Made by a program: the position numbers and the translations under genes
NCBI GenBank assembly: GCA_016936435.1
Contig: JAFGXX010000001.1
Location: 1 to 54,071 of the forward strand
Length of the DNA stretch: 54,071 bases
DNA from: Bacteroidales bacterium
GTDB taxonomy: Bacteria > Bacteroidota > Bacteroidia > Bacteroidales > VadinHA17
Direction of reading: 5' to 3'
Notes under the pieces: generated by a model
The model's input: only the letters and a program-made list of their open reading frames with translations
Told to the model about the DNA's origin: nothing
The model's database searches: none
Shown here: positions 9,229-18,096 of the stretch, piece after piece
Layout of the letters: each line of letters begins with the position of its first letter
Position numbering within the stretch: position 1 is the first letter of the stretch

Positions 9229-9322
9229 CTTATTTTCTTATCCCACATCTATCGCCCTCTCGCTTCCGCAATCGCGGAACTTCGTCGTCCCGAATTCTCC
9301 GGACTCCTTGCCTCTTGCCCTC
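9229..9322. repeat. Degenerate 8-nt-period repeat tract containing a small perfect hairpin
   Basis: Units tcgccctc tcgcttcc gcaatcgc ggaacttc gtcgtccc gaattctc cggactcc ttgcctc ttgccctc. Hairpin TTCCGC-AATC-GCGGAA at 9264-9279. Confidence 0.4.
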
Positions 9323-10931
9323 AGAAACCTCTCCCGTACATTCCCCAGAATGTGGTTTTCAGTTCCTGCCATTTCAGCATTGCAGCTCCTGCGAATGAAG
9401 CGGTATATTCTGTTACGAGGTTTAAGGCTTCTTCTTTTTTCCCTGCCTGAAGCAGTTCTTTAACTTTGTTCTCCAGCATCGGCAGTTCAGTCAATGCCTT
9501 GGTTTCGAAATCCAGCACTGCAGGTTCCAGAAGAGCTCTGCTTCTTGTCCAGTTAACTGTCGAAAGTCTGTTGGCTTCCCTGAAAGCCCACAGGGCTGCG
9601 TCGGTACGGTACCTGTGCTGTCCGCAGATGGTGAAAGAATAAGGCAGTTTGGTTACCCCTGAAAATATTGGTATCCTGGGGCTCTGTCCGGGATTGTCGA
9701 ATGAGAACCAGGCAACGCCTCCGACCTCATCGGGGAGCCAGCTGCGGCATTGAATTACATGAGAATATGAACAGCCTGCAATTGCTATAGTCCTGTTTCT
9801 GTCCATGGTTCCGGGTCTGAGTTCATTAATAAGGTTACGCAGGTCGTTGTTCATCCAGTTATTTACTACCGGTGATTTTACCTTTTCTTCCACGGTGTTA
9901 CCGTCAGCTCCTCTTCTTCTGACAGTCACCATGAGGTTTTTGGTCATATCCCATTCTGTCCCCTCGTATGTTTCCCTGAAGAGTTTCATGACATCCTGTA
10001 CCGACAGTTTTTTCTCGGGTTTTACGGAGAATGGAAGCTCTTCGGCATCCATTGACAGCTTCATCGATGGCGCCAGGGTGCTGAGGACATAAAAATCGCG
10101 TATGGCAAAAGGTTTCCTGTCGTTTATTACTTTCCAGAACTTCAGAGCTTCCTTACCGTCCCAGTATCCAAGTTCCTTTGCTTTATTCTTCAGGTTGCTG
10201 CTGTACATGAACATATCGGGATTGTTGAAGTCGACTGTAGATATCCTCGGAATATTGGCGCACACACCCGCGTGGTCGTCAGGGATACGCTGTGCACACC
10301 ATAGTGCCGACGGTTTTCCTTTTCCCGAGCCGGCGATCTCAAAGTGCCAGACTTCTTTGGGATCGGCTATGGTCAGACATTCGGCCAGGTCGGCATAACC
10401 GTGCTCTTCGGCAAGTTTTCCCATCAGAGCTATTGCCTGCCTTGCCGTTGAGCATCTCTGAAGAGCTATCTTCTCAAGTTCTTCTATCAGAAAGAGGCCT
10501 TCCTGGTTCCTGAGTTCCTGTCTTCCGTATATGGTAGTTTCTCCTATAGCAAGCTGTTTTTCATTCATACAGGGGTAGGCTGTACTGAGATAGGCAAATG
10601 TTTCTTCAGCTTCCGGTATCTCTCCTTTTTTTGTCACCTTCGACATGTCCCATGCTTCTTCGGTATGAAGCGTTCCCCAGTAAACCGGATGCATCGTGCC
10701 GGCTTCGTGTTTTGCTGCAGGTATAATGTCAAGCCAGGTCCTGTAATTGCCATCGCACGAATGGGAAGTCATTACCGACCCGTCGGTCGAAGCGAGCCGG
10801 CCGACCATGATAGTGGTGCAGTTTTCATCGTATCCGGGATTATCGGCTTCAGTATAGACATACTGTGAAAATGAGGTTAACAGGATGCCGGAGAATATCA
10901 CCGACAATAGAAGTTTATACATTTTGTTCAT
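9321..10931 (-). CDS. Exported C69-family dipeptidase (Ntn hydrolase)
   Basis: Signal peptide, then ENCTTIMVG (nucleophilic Cys), ASTDGS, CMNEKQLAIGETT, ALQRCSTARQAI, IADPKEVWHFE. Confidence 0.9.
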   Translation of the reverse strand: MNKMYKLLLSVIFSGILLTSFSQYVYTEADNPGYDENCTTIMVGRLASTDGSVMTSHSCDGNYRTWLDIIPAAKHEAGTMHPVYWGTLHTEEAWDMSKVTKKGEIPEAEETFAYLSTAYPCMNEKQLAIGETTIYGRQELRNQEGLFLIEELEKIALQRCSTARQAIALMGKLAEEHGYADLAECLTIADPKEVWHFEIAGSGKGKPSALWCAQRIPDDHAGVCANIPRISTVDFNNPDMFMYSSNLKNKAKELGYWDGKEALKFWKVINDRKPFAIRDFYVLSTLAPSMKLSMDAEELPFSVKPEKKLSVQDVMKLFRETYEGTEWDMTKNLMVTVRRRGADGNTVEEKVKSPVVNNWMNNDLRNLINELRPGTMDRNRTIAIAGCSYSHVIQCRSWLPDEVGGVAWFSFDNPGQSPRIPIFSGVTKLPYSFTICGQHRYRTDAALWAFREANRLSTVNWTRSRALLEPAVLDFETKALTELPMLENKVKELLQAGKKEEALNLVTEYTASFAGAAMLKWQELKTTFWGMYGRGF

Positions 10932-11058
10932 GTGTTAATAGTTTAATATTTAGGTCACATATCCTGTCCGCGAAGTGGAAGAATCCATATGTTTGTTATT
11001 GCCCGGAAAACATGTGGATTTCATAAGCGGATCTGTGTGGATTTTATTTTATTATTCG

Positions 11059-11066
11059 CAAATTTA
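11059..11066 (-). promoter_or_regulatory. Bacteroidota -7 box (TAAATTTG on minus strand) for the dipeptidase-hydE-carboxypeptidase unit
   Basis: Exact TAnnTTTG match followed by C. It lies about 128 nt upstream of the dipeptidase ATG. Confidence 0.55.
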
Positions 11067-11356
11067 ATTTTTTATATCAATTATGACGTGTCTGCCGGTA
11101 TTTGTTCTTCCGGTATTTTGTCAACGGTTATAAAGATGTTGATTATTATGCAATCTGTCCTGTTGTTTGAGGTTATTTTTTATTATATTGCTTTTAGGAT
11201 ATAATAGTGTATGTGTTTGCTAAACAATTATAAGTCAGAGATTTATTTGTATTCTGCTGCACGAAATGTCGGGTTTCTGAAGCGCTTTTACGGTTTATAG
11301 ATTCTCATGTTATCGGATGTTTGGAATTAAAATTCAGTTAGTATAAAATTCTGATA

Positions 11357-13465
11357 ATGGTAATTGATAAACTGTTAAATCCGGAGAGTATAGTCATAGC
11401 AGGAGGTTCAGAAGATCTGTATAAACCAGGCGGCAGGATCCTGAAAAACATCATCGACGGCGGGTTTTGGGGGAGCCTTTATGTTGTAAATCCAAAGACG
11501 GATATGGTTCAGGGTGTAAGATCCTACCGCGACATAAATGAGATACCCGAAACCGACCTGGCAATTCTGGCCATTCAGGCCAGGTTCTGTCTTCCTGCAG
11601 TGGAGGTTCTGATAAGGGATAAAAACACCAGAGCTTTCATCATCATATCTGCAGGCTTCAGTGAATCGGGTGAGGAAGGGAAAATACTTGAAAGCGAGAT
11701 TGCTGGCATGATAGAACGTGCGGGCGGCTGTCTTATCGGTCCGAACTGCATAGGTGTGATAACACAGTCATACAGCGGTGTATTTACAACTCCTGTCCCG
11801 CGACTGAGCAGAAATGGTTGTGATTTTGTTTCCGGTTCAGGGGCTACTGCGGTTTTCATCTTTGAGTCGGCCATTCCCAAGGGAGTCAACTTCTCCAGCG
11901 TTTTCTCGGTAGGTAACAGTGCACAAACCGGCGTGGAGGATGTGATCGAATACTGGGACAAAACTTTTGATCCGGAGACCAGTTCGCGGGTAAAGCTGAT
12001 ATATGTTGAGAGCATACAGGATCCCGACAAACTGCTTCATCATGCTTCGTCGCTGATAAGAAAAGGATGTCGCATTGCAGCCATAAAGGCTGGTACCAGC
12101 GAAGCCGGAAGCCGTGCAGCCTCATCTCATACAGGCGCCCTGGCATCATCCGATTCAGCTGTGGAAGCCCTTTTCCGCAAGGCAGGTATTGTAAGATGCT
12201 CGGGCCGGGAGGAACTGACCACGGTAGCTTCGGTCTTCTTTTATAAACCACTGAAGGGCAGGAATATAGCAATTGTTACCCATGCCGGAGGTCCAGCCGT
12301 GATGCTTACCGATGCTCTTTCGGCTGGTGGAATGAATATACCGCCTGTTACCGGAGATCATCACGATAAGTTATTGTCAATGATGAATCCGGGTGCTTCG
12401 GCTGACAATCCGATCGACCTGATAGCGACAGCAACAAATGAACAGCTCGACAATGTTATTGAATATGTCGATAAACAGATGCCCGAAATAGACGGAATGA
12501 CGGTGATCTTCGGGAGCAACGGGCTCAACGATATGATGCAGATATATGATCTTCTGCACAGAAAGATACAGGAATCTGACAAACCGATGTTCCCGATTCT
12601 CCCGTCCGTTGCCAGTTCCCATACCGAGCTGGAGTATTTTCTTTCAAAGGGCCATATCAATTTCCCCGATGAAGTAGTTCTCGGAAGAGCACTTACAAAG
12701 ATTATGAACACTCCTTTTCCCGCTGAAGAAAGGATATTTCTCGACGGTATAGATATTGCTGCGGTAAGGAGGATTATTGACCGGTCACCTGAGGGCTATC
12801 TCGACCCGTCATCAGTGAGTGATTTGCTTGGGGCAGCAGGGATACCGGTTGTACAGGAAGCTGTGGTGAAGACAAGGCGGGAGCTGACAGCCAGGGCAGA
12901 GAAGATGGGATACCCCCTTGCAATGAAAGTTGTAGGGCCGGTTCACAAATCGGACGTGGGAGGTGTTACTCTCAACATTAAATCGCGGGCCCACCTGGTT
13001 GCTGAATTCAGCAGGATGAAAAAGATCAGGGGCGTAACTGCTGTTGTCATCCAGAAAATGATAAGCGGAACTGAACTCTTCATAGGTGCAAAATATGAAA
13101 CACGGTTCGGACATGTGATACTGTGCGGATTGGGTGGTATCTTCGTTGAAGTTCTCGGAGATGTTTCATCGGGTCTTGCTCCCCTGACATTCAGTGAAGC
13201 TGATTCGATGATAAAGAGCCTGAGAGCATACAGGATTATCAGGGGAACCAGAGGCAAATCAGGTATCAATGAACAAAAATTTGCCGATATCATCGTCAGA
13301 CTCTCGAGTCTTCTGCGCTATGCTACCGAGATCAAGGAGATGGACCTTAATCCTCTGATCGGAACAGCTGAAGAAATAACGGTCGTGGATGCCAGAATAA
13401 GAATAGAAAAATCAGCCCGGAAAACCGGTGATGACGGCTTAAATGCACACAGGGAAAATGAATGA
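11357..13465 (+). CDS. Acetate/acyl-CoA ligase (ADP-forming), fused alpha-beta
   Basis: CoA-binding N-terminus (LLNPESIVIAGGS, IISAGFSE, IGPNCIG), phospho-His RAASSHTGALA, ATP-grasp C-terminus (GYPLAMKV, HKSDVGGV, EMDLNP, VDARI). Confidence 0.92.
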   Translation: MVIDKLLNPESIVIAGGSEDLYKPGGRILKNIIDGGFWGSLYVVNPKTDMVQGVRSYRDINEIPETDLAILAIQARFCLPAVEVLIRDKNTRAFIIISAGFSESGEEGKILESEIAGMIERAGGCLIGPNCIGVITQSYSGVFTTPVPRLSRNGCDFVSGSGATAVFIFESAIPKGVNFSSVFSVGNSAQTGVEDVIEYWDKTFDPETSSRVKLIYVESIQDPDKLLHHASSLIRKGCRIAAIKAGTSEAGSRAASSHTGALASSDSAVEALFRKAGIVRCSGREELTTVASVFFYKPLKGRNIAIVTHAGGPAVMLTDALSAGGMNIPPVTGDHHDKLLSMMNPGASADNPIDLIATATNEQLDNVIEYVDKQMPEIDGMTVIFGSNGLNDMMQIYDLLHRKIQESDKPMFPILPSVASSHTELEYFLSKGHINFPDEVVLGRALTKIMNTPFPAEERIFLDGIDIAAVRRIIDRSPEGYLDPSSVSDLLGAAGIPVVQEAVVKTRRELTARAEKMGYPLAMKVVGPVHKSDVGGVTLNIKSRAHLVAEFSRMKKIRGVTAVVIQKMISGTELFIGAKYETRFGHVILCGLGGIFVEVLGDVSSGLAPLTFSEADSMIKSLRAYRIIRGTRGKSGINEQKFADIIVRLSSLLRYATEIKEMDLNPLIGTAEEITVVDARIRIEKSARKTGDDGLNAHRENE

Positions 13466-14777
13466 CATACCAATATCGTCACAATTAATAGCTCAGTTGG
13501 CTGAACGTAACGGCCTGCCTGAACCAGGTCTGGGTTCAATAAGGGAGGTAACTCACCTGGTAAATCTTGTAGAAGCCGAAACCGGAATAAAATTCGTGAG
13601 AATGGAGATGGGTGTCCCCGGTCTGCCTGCACCGTCAATAGGCATTGAGGCTGAGATAGAAGCTCTTAAAAGCGGCAAGGCGTCACGATATCCCGACATA
13701 ACCGGTATCAGGATCCTGAAAGAAGAAAGCTCCCGTTTCATAAAGCTCTTCCTGAATGTTGATATAAGCACCAGGGGCTGTATCCCCACGGTAGGGTCGA
13801 TGATGGGAGGTATGGTGACCTTTCTTGTGGCCAACAGGAACGACAGGACCAAGGAGGGAACCCTTTTTATCGATCCCGGTTTCCCGGTTCAGAAGCAGCA
13901 GGTCAAAATGCTTGGTCATGACTATAAATCATTCGACATTTATCATTACAGGGGAAAGAAGCTGAAGGATAAACTGGAATCTTACCTGGCAACGGGTAAA
14001 ATATCGTCACTTCTTTACTCCAATCCCAACAATCCGTCATGGATCTGCCTTACCGAGGAAGAACTTTCGATAATCGGGGAACTGGCAAGGCAATACGATG
14101 TTATTGTTATTGAAGATCTTGCATATTTCGGGATGGATTTCAGAAAAGACTATTCAGTTCCCGGTCAGCCTCCGTACCAACCAACCGTTGCACATTATAC
14201 CGACGATTATGTTCTACTGATATCAAGCTCCAAGATTTTCAGTTACGCAGGTCAGAGGATAGGGATGATGGCTATCTCGGATCACCTTTTCAACAGATCG
14301 TATCCCGATCTGTTAAGATATTATTCATCTGAAAAATTCGGACATTCAGTTATCTTTGGAGCATTGTACGCGTTGTCGGCCGGAGTGTGCCACAGTGCCC
14401 AGTATGGACTGGCTGCTTTGTTAAAGGCAGTAAATGACGGCACTTACAGGTACCACGAAGATGTGAAGGAATATGCTCGTAAGGCAAACATTATGAAAGA
14501 GATCTTCCTGAGTAACAATTTCAGCATTACCTACGACATGGACCTTGAAGAACCTGTTGCCGATGGATTTTATTTCACTGTCTCGTATCCGGGTATGAAA
14601 GGCAGCGAATTACTAAGGGAGCTTCTCAGTTATGGGATAAGTGCGATAACTCTCGATATTACAGGCAGTGACAGGGAAGGCCTCCGGGCTTGTGTTTCAC
14701 TTGTTCCGGTGTCGATGTTCGGCGACCTGAGGGAGAGGCTGCGTAAGTTCAGTGAAGATCACAGTGTTAATAATTAA
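13458..14777 (+). CDS. Class I/II PLP-dependent aminotransferase
   Basis: YSNPNNPS, IEDLAY, SSSKIFSYAGQRIG (PLP lysine). ATG 13458 overlaps the end of the upstream gene. An alternative start is 13443. Confidence 0.92.
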   Translation: MNDIPISSQLIAQLAERNGLPEPGLGSIREVTHLVNLVEAETGIKFVRMEMGVPGLPAPSIGIEAEIEALKSGKASRYPDITGIRILKEESSRFIKLFLNVDISTRGCIPTVGSMMGGMVTFLVANRNDRTKEGTLFIDPGFPVQKQQVKMLGHDYKSFDIYHYRGKKLKDKLESYLATGKISSLLYSNPNNPSWICLTEEELSIIGELARQYDVIVIEDLAYFGMDFRKDYSVPGQPPYQPTVAHYTDDYVLLISSSKIFSYAGQRIGMMAISDHLFNRSYPDLLRYYSSEKFGHSVIFGALYALSAGVCHSAQYGLAALLKAVNDGTYRYHEDVKEYARKANIMKEIFLSNNFSITYDMDLEEPVADGFYFTVSYPGMKGSELLRELLSYGISAITLDITGSDREGLRACVSLVPVSMFGDLRERLRKFSEDHSVNN

Positions 14778-14788
14778 ACAAACATAAT

Positions 14789-15013
14789 ATGGCAAAAGTT
14801 AAAGGAAGCATAGTTGTAGATATCGACAGATGCAAGGGGTGTGAGATTTGCATGGTTTCATGCCCTACAGGAACGATCGCGATGGCAAAGGAAGTTAACC
14901 ATAAAGGTTATTTCTATGCCTATCCTGCGAATCCCGACCTTTGCATAGGATGCGCAAACTGCGCAGTCGTATGTCCCGATGGAGTAATTACTGTTTACAG
15001 AACAAAAATCTGA
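14789..15013 (+). CDS. 2x[4Fe-4S] ferredoxin, delta subunit of 2-oxoacid:ferredoxin oxidoreductase
   Basis: Two CxxCxxCxxxCP motifs (CKGCEICMVSCP and CIGCANCAVVCP). Confidence 0.93.
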   Translation: MAKVKGSIVVDIDRCKGCEICMVSCPTGTIAMAKEVNHKGYFYAYPANPDLCIGCANCAVVCPDGVITVYRTKI

Positions 15014-15020
15014 CAAAATA

Positions 15021-16082
15021 ATGGAAAAGGAACTTAGACTGATGAAAGGGAACGAGGCGGTGGCTGAAGCTGCTATCCGTGCAGGTGCGGATGGTTATTT
15101 CGGTTATCCCATCACTCCCCAGAGCGAGGTACTCGAATATCTTATGGAAGCGAAGCCGCACGAGAGGACCGGTATGGTTGTGCTTCAGGCTGAAAGCGAG
15201 GTTGCTGCGATAAACATGGTTTATGGTGGAGCTGCATGCGGCAAAAGGGTGATGACCTCATCTTCATCACCGGGGATAAGCCTTAAGCAGGAGGGTATTT
15301 CATATATAGCAGGGGCTGAACTTCCCTGCCTCGTAGTAAATGTTGTCCGCGGTGGGCCAGGACTTGGAACCATACAGCCTTCACAATCGGACTATTTTCA
15401 GGCTACAAAGGGAGGAGGACACGGCGATTATCACCTTATAGTACTGGCCCCTTCATCGGTCCAGGAGATGGCCGACTTTGTAGACCTGGCGTTCGAACTG
15501 GCATTCAAATACAGGAATCCGGTCATGATGCTTTCCGACGGGGCAATAGGACAGATGATGGAAAAGGTATGGCTGAGCCCTCAGAAAGAAAGATCAAAAA
15601 CAGTTCCAGAATGGGCCACAACGGGGAAACCGCCGACACGGGAAAGAGTCATCATTACATCCCTCGACCTTGATCCCATGGCCCAGGAAAGATTTAACCA
15701 GAAACTTATCGCGAAGTATAATGAGATAAGAGAGAAAGAAGTGCGCTATGAAGAGTTCCAGTGCGAAGATGCGGAATATCTTTTTGTGGCTTACGGAACC
15801 TCGGCAAGGGTATGCCAGAAGTCGATACAGCTGGCCCGGGCACAGGGTATAAAGGCAGGCCTGCTCAGGCCGGTAACATTGTTCCCCTTTCCTGTAAACA
15901 GATTAAATGAACTTGCCGACAAAGTCAAAATGATGATCTCAGTCGAGATGAGTGCAGGCCAGATGGTCGAAGATGTGATGCTGGCATCAAACGGGAAGGT
16001 CCCCGTATATCATTACGGAAGAATGGGTGGTATGGTGCCCGAACCTGAAGAAGTAACTGATTTTCTAAAGTCAAAAATATAA
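15021..16082 (+). CDS. vorB: 2-oxoacid:ferredoxin oxidoreductase alpha subunit (3-methyl-2-oxobutanoate dehydrogenase VorB type)
   Basis: LMKGNEAVAEAA, GYPITPQSE, QAESEVAAINM, SSSSPGISLKQE, RGGPGLG, GGGHGDY. Confidence 0.9.
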   Translation: MEKELRLMKGNEAVAEAAIRAGADGYFGYPITPQSEVLEYLMEAKPHERTGMVVLQAESEVAAINMVYGGAACGKRVMTSSSSPGISLKQEGISYIAGAELPCLVVNVVRGGPGLGTIQPSQSDYFQATKGGGHGDYHLIVLAPSSVQEMADFVDLAFELAFKYRNPVMMLSDGAIGQMMEKVWLSPQKERSKTVPEWATTGKPPTRERVIITSLDLDPMAQERFNQKLIAKYNEIREKEVRYEEFQCEDAEYLFVAYGTSARVCQKSIQLARAQGIKAGLLRPVTLFPFPVNRLNELADKVKMMISVEMSAGQMVEDVMLASNGKVPVYHYGRMGGMVPEPEEVTDFLKSKI

Positions 16083-16094
16083 GGAGGTTAAAAT

Positions 16095-16898
16095 ATGCCA
16101 CAGGCAACAGGAATCAATGATATTATTAAACCGGAAAATCTGGTTTATAAAAGAACAGAAGTAATGACTCCCAACATACTACATTATTGTCCGGGATGCG
16201 GTCATGGTACTGTTCACCGTATACTTGCCGAGGTTATTGAAGAGGAAGGACTTCAGACTGAAGCTATCGGTGTTTCACCGGTAGGCTGCTCGGTGCTCCT
16301 TTACAACTATCTCGATATCGACTGGCAGGAAGCAGCACACGGCAGGGCACCGGCCGTTGCCACAGCAATAAAAAGGCTGCTGCCCGACAAATTCGTTTTT
16401 ACCTACCAGGGCGACGGCGATCTTGCAGCTATAGGTACTGCAGAGACAATACATGCCTGCAACAGGGGAGAGAACATCATGATAATTTTTATCAATAACG
16501 GAATTTACGGAATGACGGGAGGACAGATGGCTCCCACAACTCTTCCCGGAATGAAATCGTCAACCTCACCCTATGGAAGAGATGTAAAAATGATGGGTAA
16601 TCCTGTGAAAATGACCGATATAGTGGCAACATTACCAGGTACATTTTATGTTACAAGACAAAGCGTTCATACTCCTGCAAATGTTAGAAAAACAAAGAAA
16701 GCTATTCGTAAAGCAGCTCAATATCAAAAACTTAATAAAGGTACCTGCTTTATCGAAGTAGTCTCTAACTGTCCGTCGGGATGGAAAATGACACCTGTCG
16801 AATCCAACAGGTGGATGGAAGAAAATATGTTCCCTTTCTATCCTCTTGGTGATATGAAGGTACCACAGGAATCTGAATCTCAAACAACTAACAAGTGA
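16095..16898 (+). CDS. 2-oxoacid:ferredoxin oxidoreductase beta subunit (TPP-binding)
   Basis: YCPGCGHG, PVGC, HGRAPAVA, TPP motif GDGD...NNGIYGMTGGQ, and SNCP. Confidence 0.93.
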   Translation: MPQATGINDIIKPENLVYKRTEVMTPNILHYCPGCGHGTVHRILAEVIEEEGLQTEAIGVSPVGCSVLLYNYLDIDWQEAAHGRAPAVATAIKRLLPDKFVFTYQGDGDLAAIGTAETIHACNRGENIMIIFINNGIYGMTGGQMAPTTLPGMKSSTSPYGRDVKMMGNPVKMTDIVATLPGTFYVTRQSVHTPANVRKTKKAIRKAAQYQKLNKGTCFIEVVSNCPSGWKMTPVESNRWMEENMFPFYPLGDMKVPQESESQTTNK

Positions 16899-16902
16899 TA
16901 AC

Positions 16903-17445
16903 ATGACTGAAGAGATACTTATTGCCGGATTCGGCGGACAGGGAGTTCTATCGATGGGCAAAATAATGGCTTATTCCGCAATGATGCAGGATATGGAGGT
17001 GAGCTGGATGCCTTCCTACGGTCCGGAAATGCGGGGTGGAACTGCAAATGTGATAGTAATAATAAGCGACGAACGTATAAGTTCACCCATAATAAGGCAC
17101 TTCGATACAGGGATATTGCTAAACCAGCAATCGCTCGACAAATTTGAGGATTCTATAAAACCGGGAGGTGTCCTGGTTTACGACGGCAACGGGATCAACC
17201 GTCACCCCGTAAGGAAGGACATCTCAATATTCAGGATCGATGCAGCTGAAGAGGCCGGCAGGATGAAAAGCCCCAAGGTGAACAATATGATCGTACTGGG
17301 AGGGTTCATGAAGATAAAACCCATCATCACCCTGGAAAATGTTATCAAAGGACTGAAGAAATCTCTTCCGGAAAGATATCATAACCTGATACCTGTAAAT
17401 GAAACAGCCCTCCAGCGCGGAATGGAGATCATCAGGGAGGTATAG
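16903..17445 (+). CDS. 2-oxoacid:acceptor oxidoreductase gamma subunit
   Basis: IAGFGGQGV, PSYGPEMRGGTA, NMIVLG. Confidence 0.93.
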   Translation: MTEEILIAGFGGQGVLSMGKIMAYSAMMQDMEVSWMPSYGPEMRGGTANVIVIISDERISSPIIRHFDTGILLNQQSLDKFEDSIKPGGVLVYDGNGINRHPVRKDISIFRIDAAEEAGRMKSPKVNNMIVLGGFMKIKPIITLENVIKGLKKSLPERYHNLIPVNETALQRGMEIIREV

Positions 17446-17479
17446 AACAGGGAAGCGGCCGCAGGAAAGTATACGGTAA

Positions 17480-18076
17480 CTACTTTTCGTAGAAGTGCAT
17501 CTCTGAAATGTATTTCCAGACTGCAGGTGGAAGGAAATACGACATGTTTTTGCCTTTTTTGATACCACTTCTGATAAAGGTGCCTGAAATCTCTATCATG
17601 GGAGCTTTTACCCTGTGCACCCTGGCTTTTGACAGGAGCATATCCAGACCTGCCGACGAAGGCCTGCTGGTATAGGGCCTGGGGTAAACATATATATTAC
17701 ATTTACTTATTAGTTCCTCTGCATTTTTCCACTTGTGAAGTGTATACAGATTGTCTTCACCCATTATCAGACTGAATTCATGCTGAGGGTGCTTTTCACC
17801 GAGATATGCAAGCGTGTTGATTGTGTAGGAAGGCAAGGGCAGACGGAACTCAATATCTGAAGCTCTCAGCCGGTAATTATCGCCAATAGCAAGCTCAGTC
17901 ATATATAAACGGTGATAGTCCTCGAGTAGCGAATCCTTTTTTTTCAACGGATTATGGGGACTCACAATGAACCATACCTCATCGAGAGGAGTGAACTCGG
18001 TAATGTAGCCTGCAATTGCAAGGTGACCGATATGTATCGGATTAAATGATCCGAAATAAAGTCCGATTTTTGACAT
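17480..18076 (-). CDS. nadD: Nicotinate-nucleotide adenylyltransferase
   Basis: GLYFGSFNPIHIGH, SPHNPLK, SYTINTL, IMGEDN, WKN, ISGTFIR. Likely start ATG 18076, alternative 18100. Confidence 0.95.
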   Translation of the reverse strand: MSKIGLYFGSFNPIHIGHLAIAGYITEFTPLDEVWFIVSPHNPLKKKDSLLEDYHRLYMTELAIGDNYRLRASDIEFRLPLPSYTINTLAYLGEKHPQHEFSLIMGEDNLYTLHKWKNAEELISKCNIYVYPRPYTSRPSSAGLDMLLSKARVHRVKAPMIEISGTFIRSGIKKGKNMSYFLPPAVWKYISEMHFYEK

Positions 18077-18096
18077 AAACGTATCTGTATGTCCAT

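Noticed and set aside
10989-11204. 71-aa ORF in the dipeptidase/ligase intergenic region
   Set aside because: AT-rich, low-complexity translation that overlaps a predicted promoter and hairpin, with no family motif.
11214-11235. Possible Rex operator upstream of the acyl-CoA ligase (TTGCTAAACAATTATAAG)
   Set aside because: Four mismatches to TTGTTAA-N4-TTAACAA in very AT-rich DNA, which is not distinguishable from chance.
16632-16961. 109-aa minus-strand ORF over the low-GC3 patch
   Set aside because: It is antisense to two conserved oxidoreductase subunits and has no motif, so it does not explain the codon anomaly.
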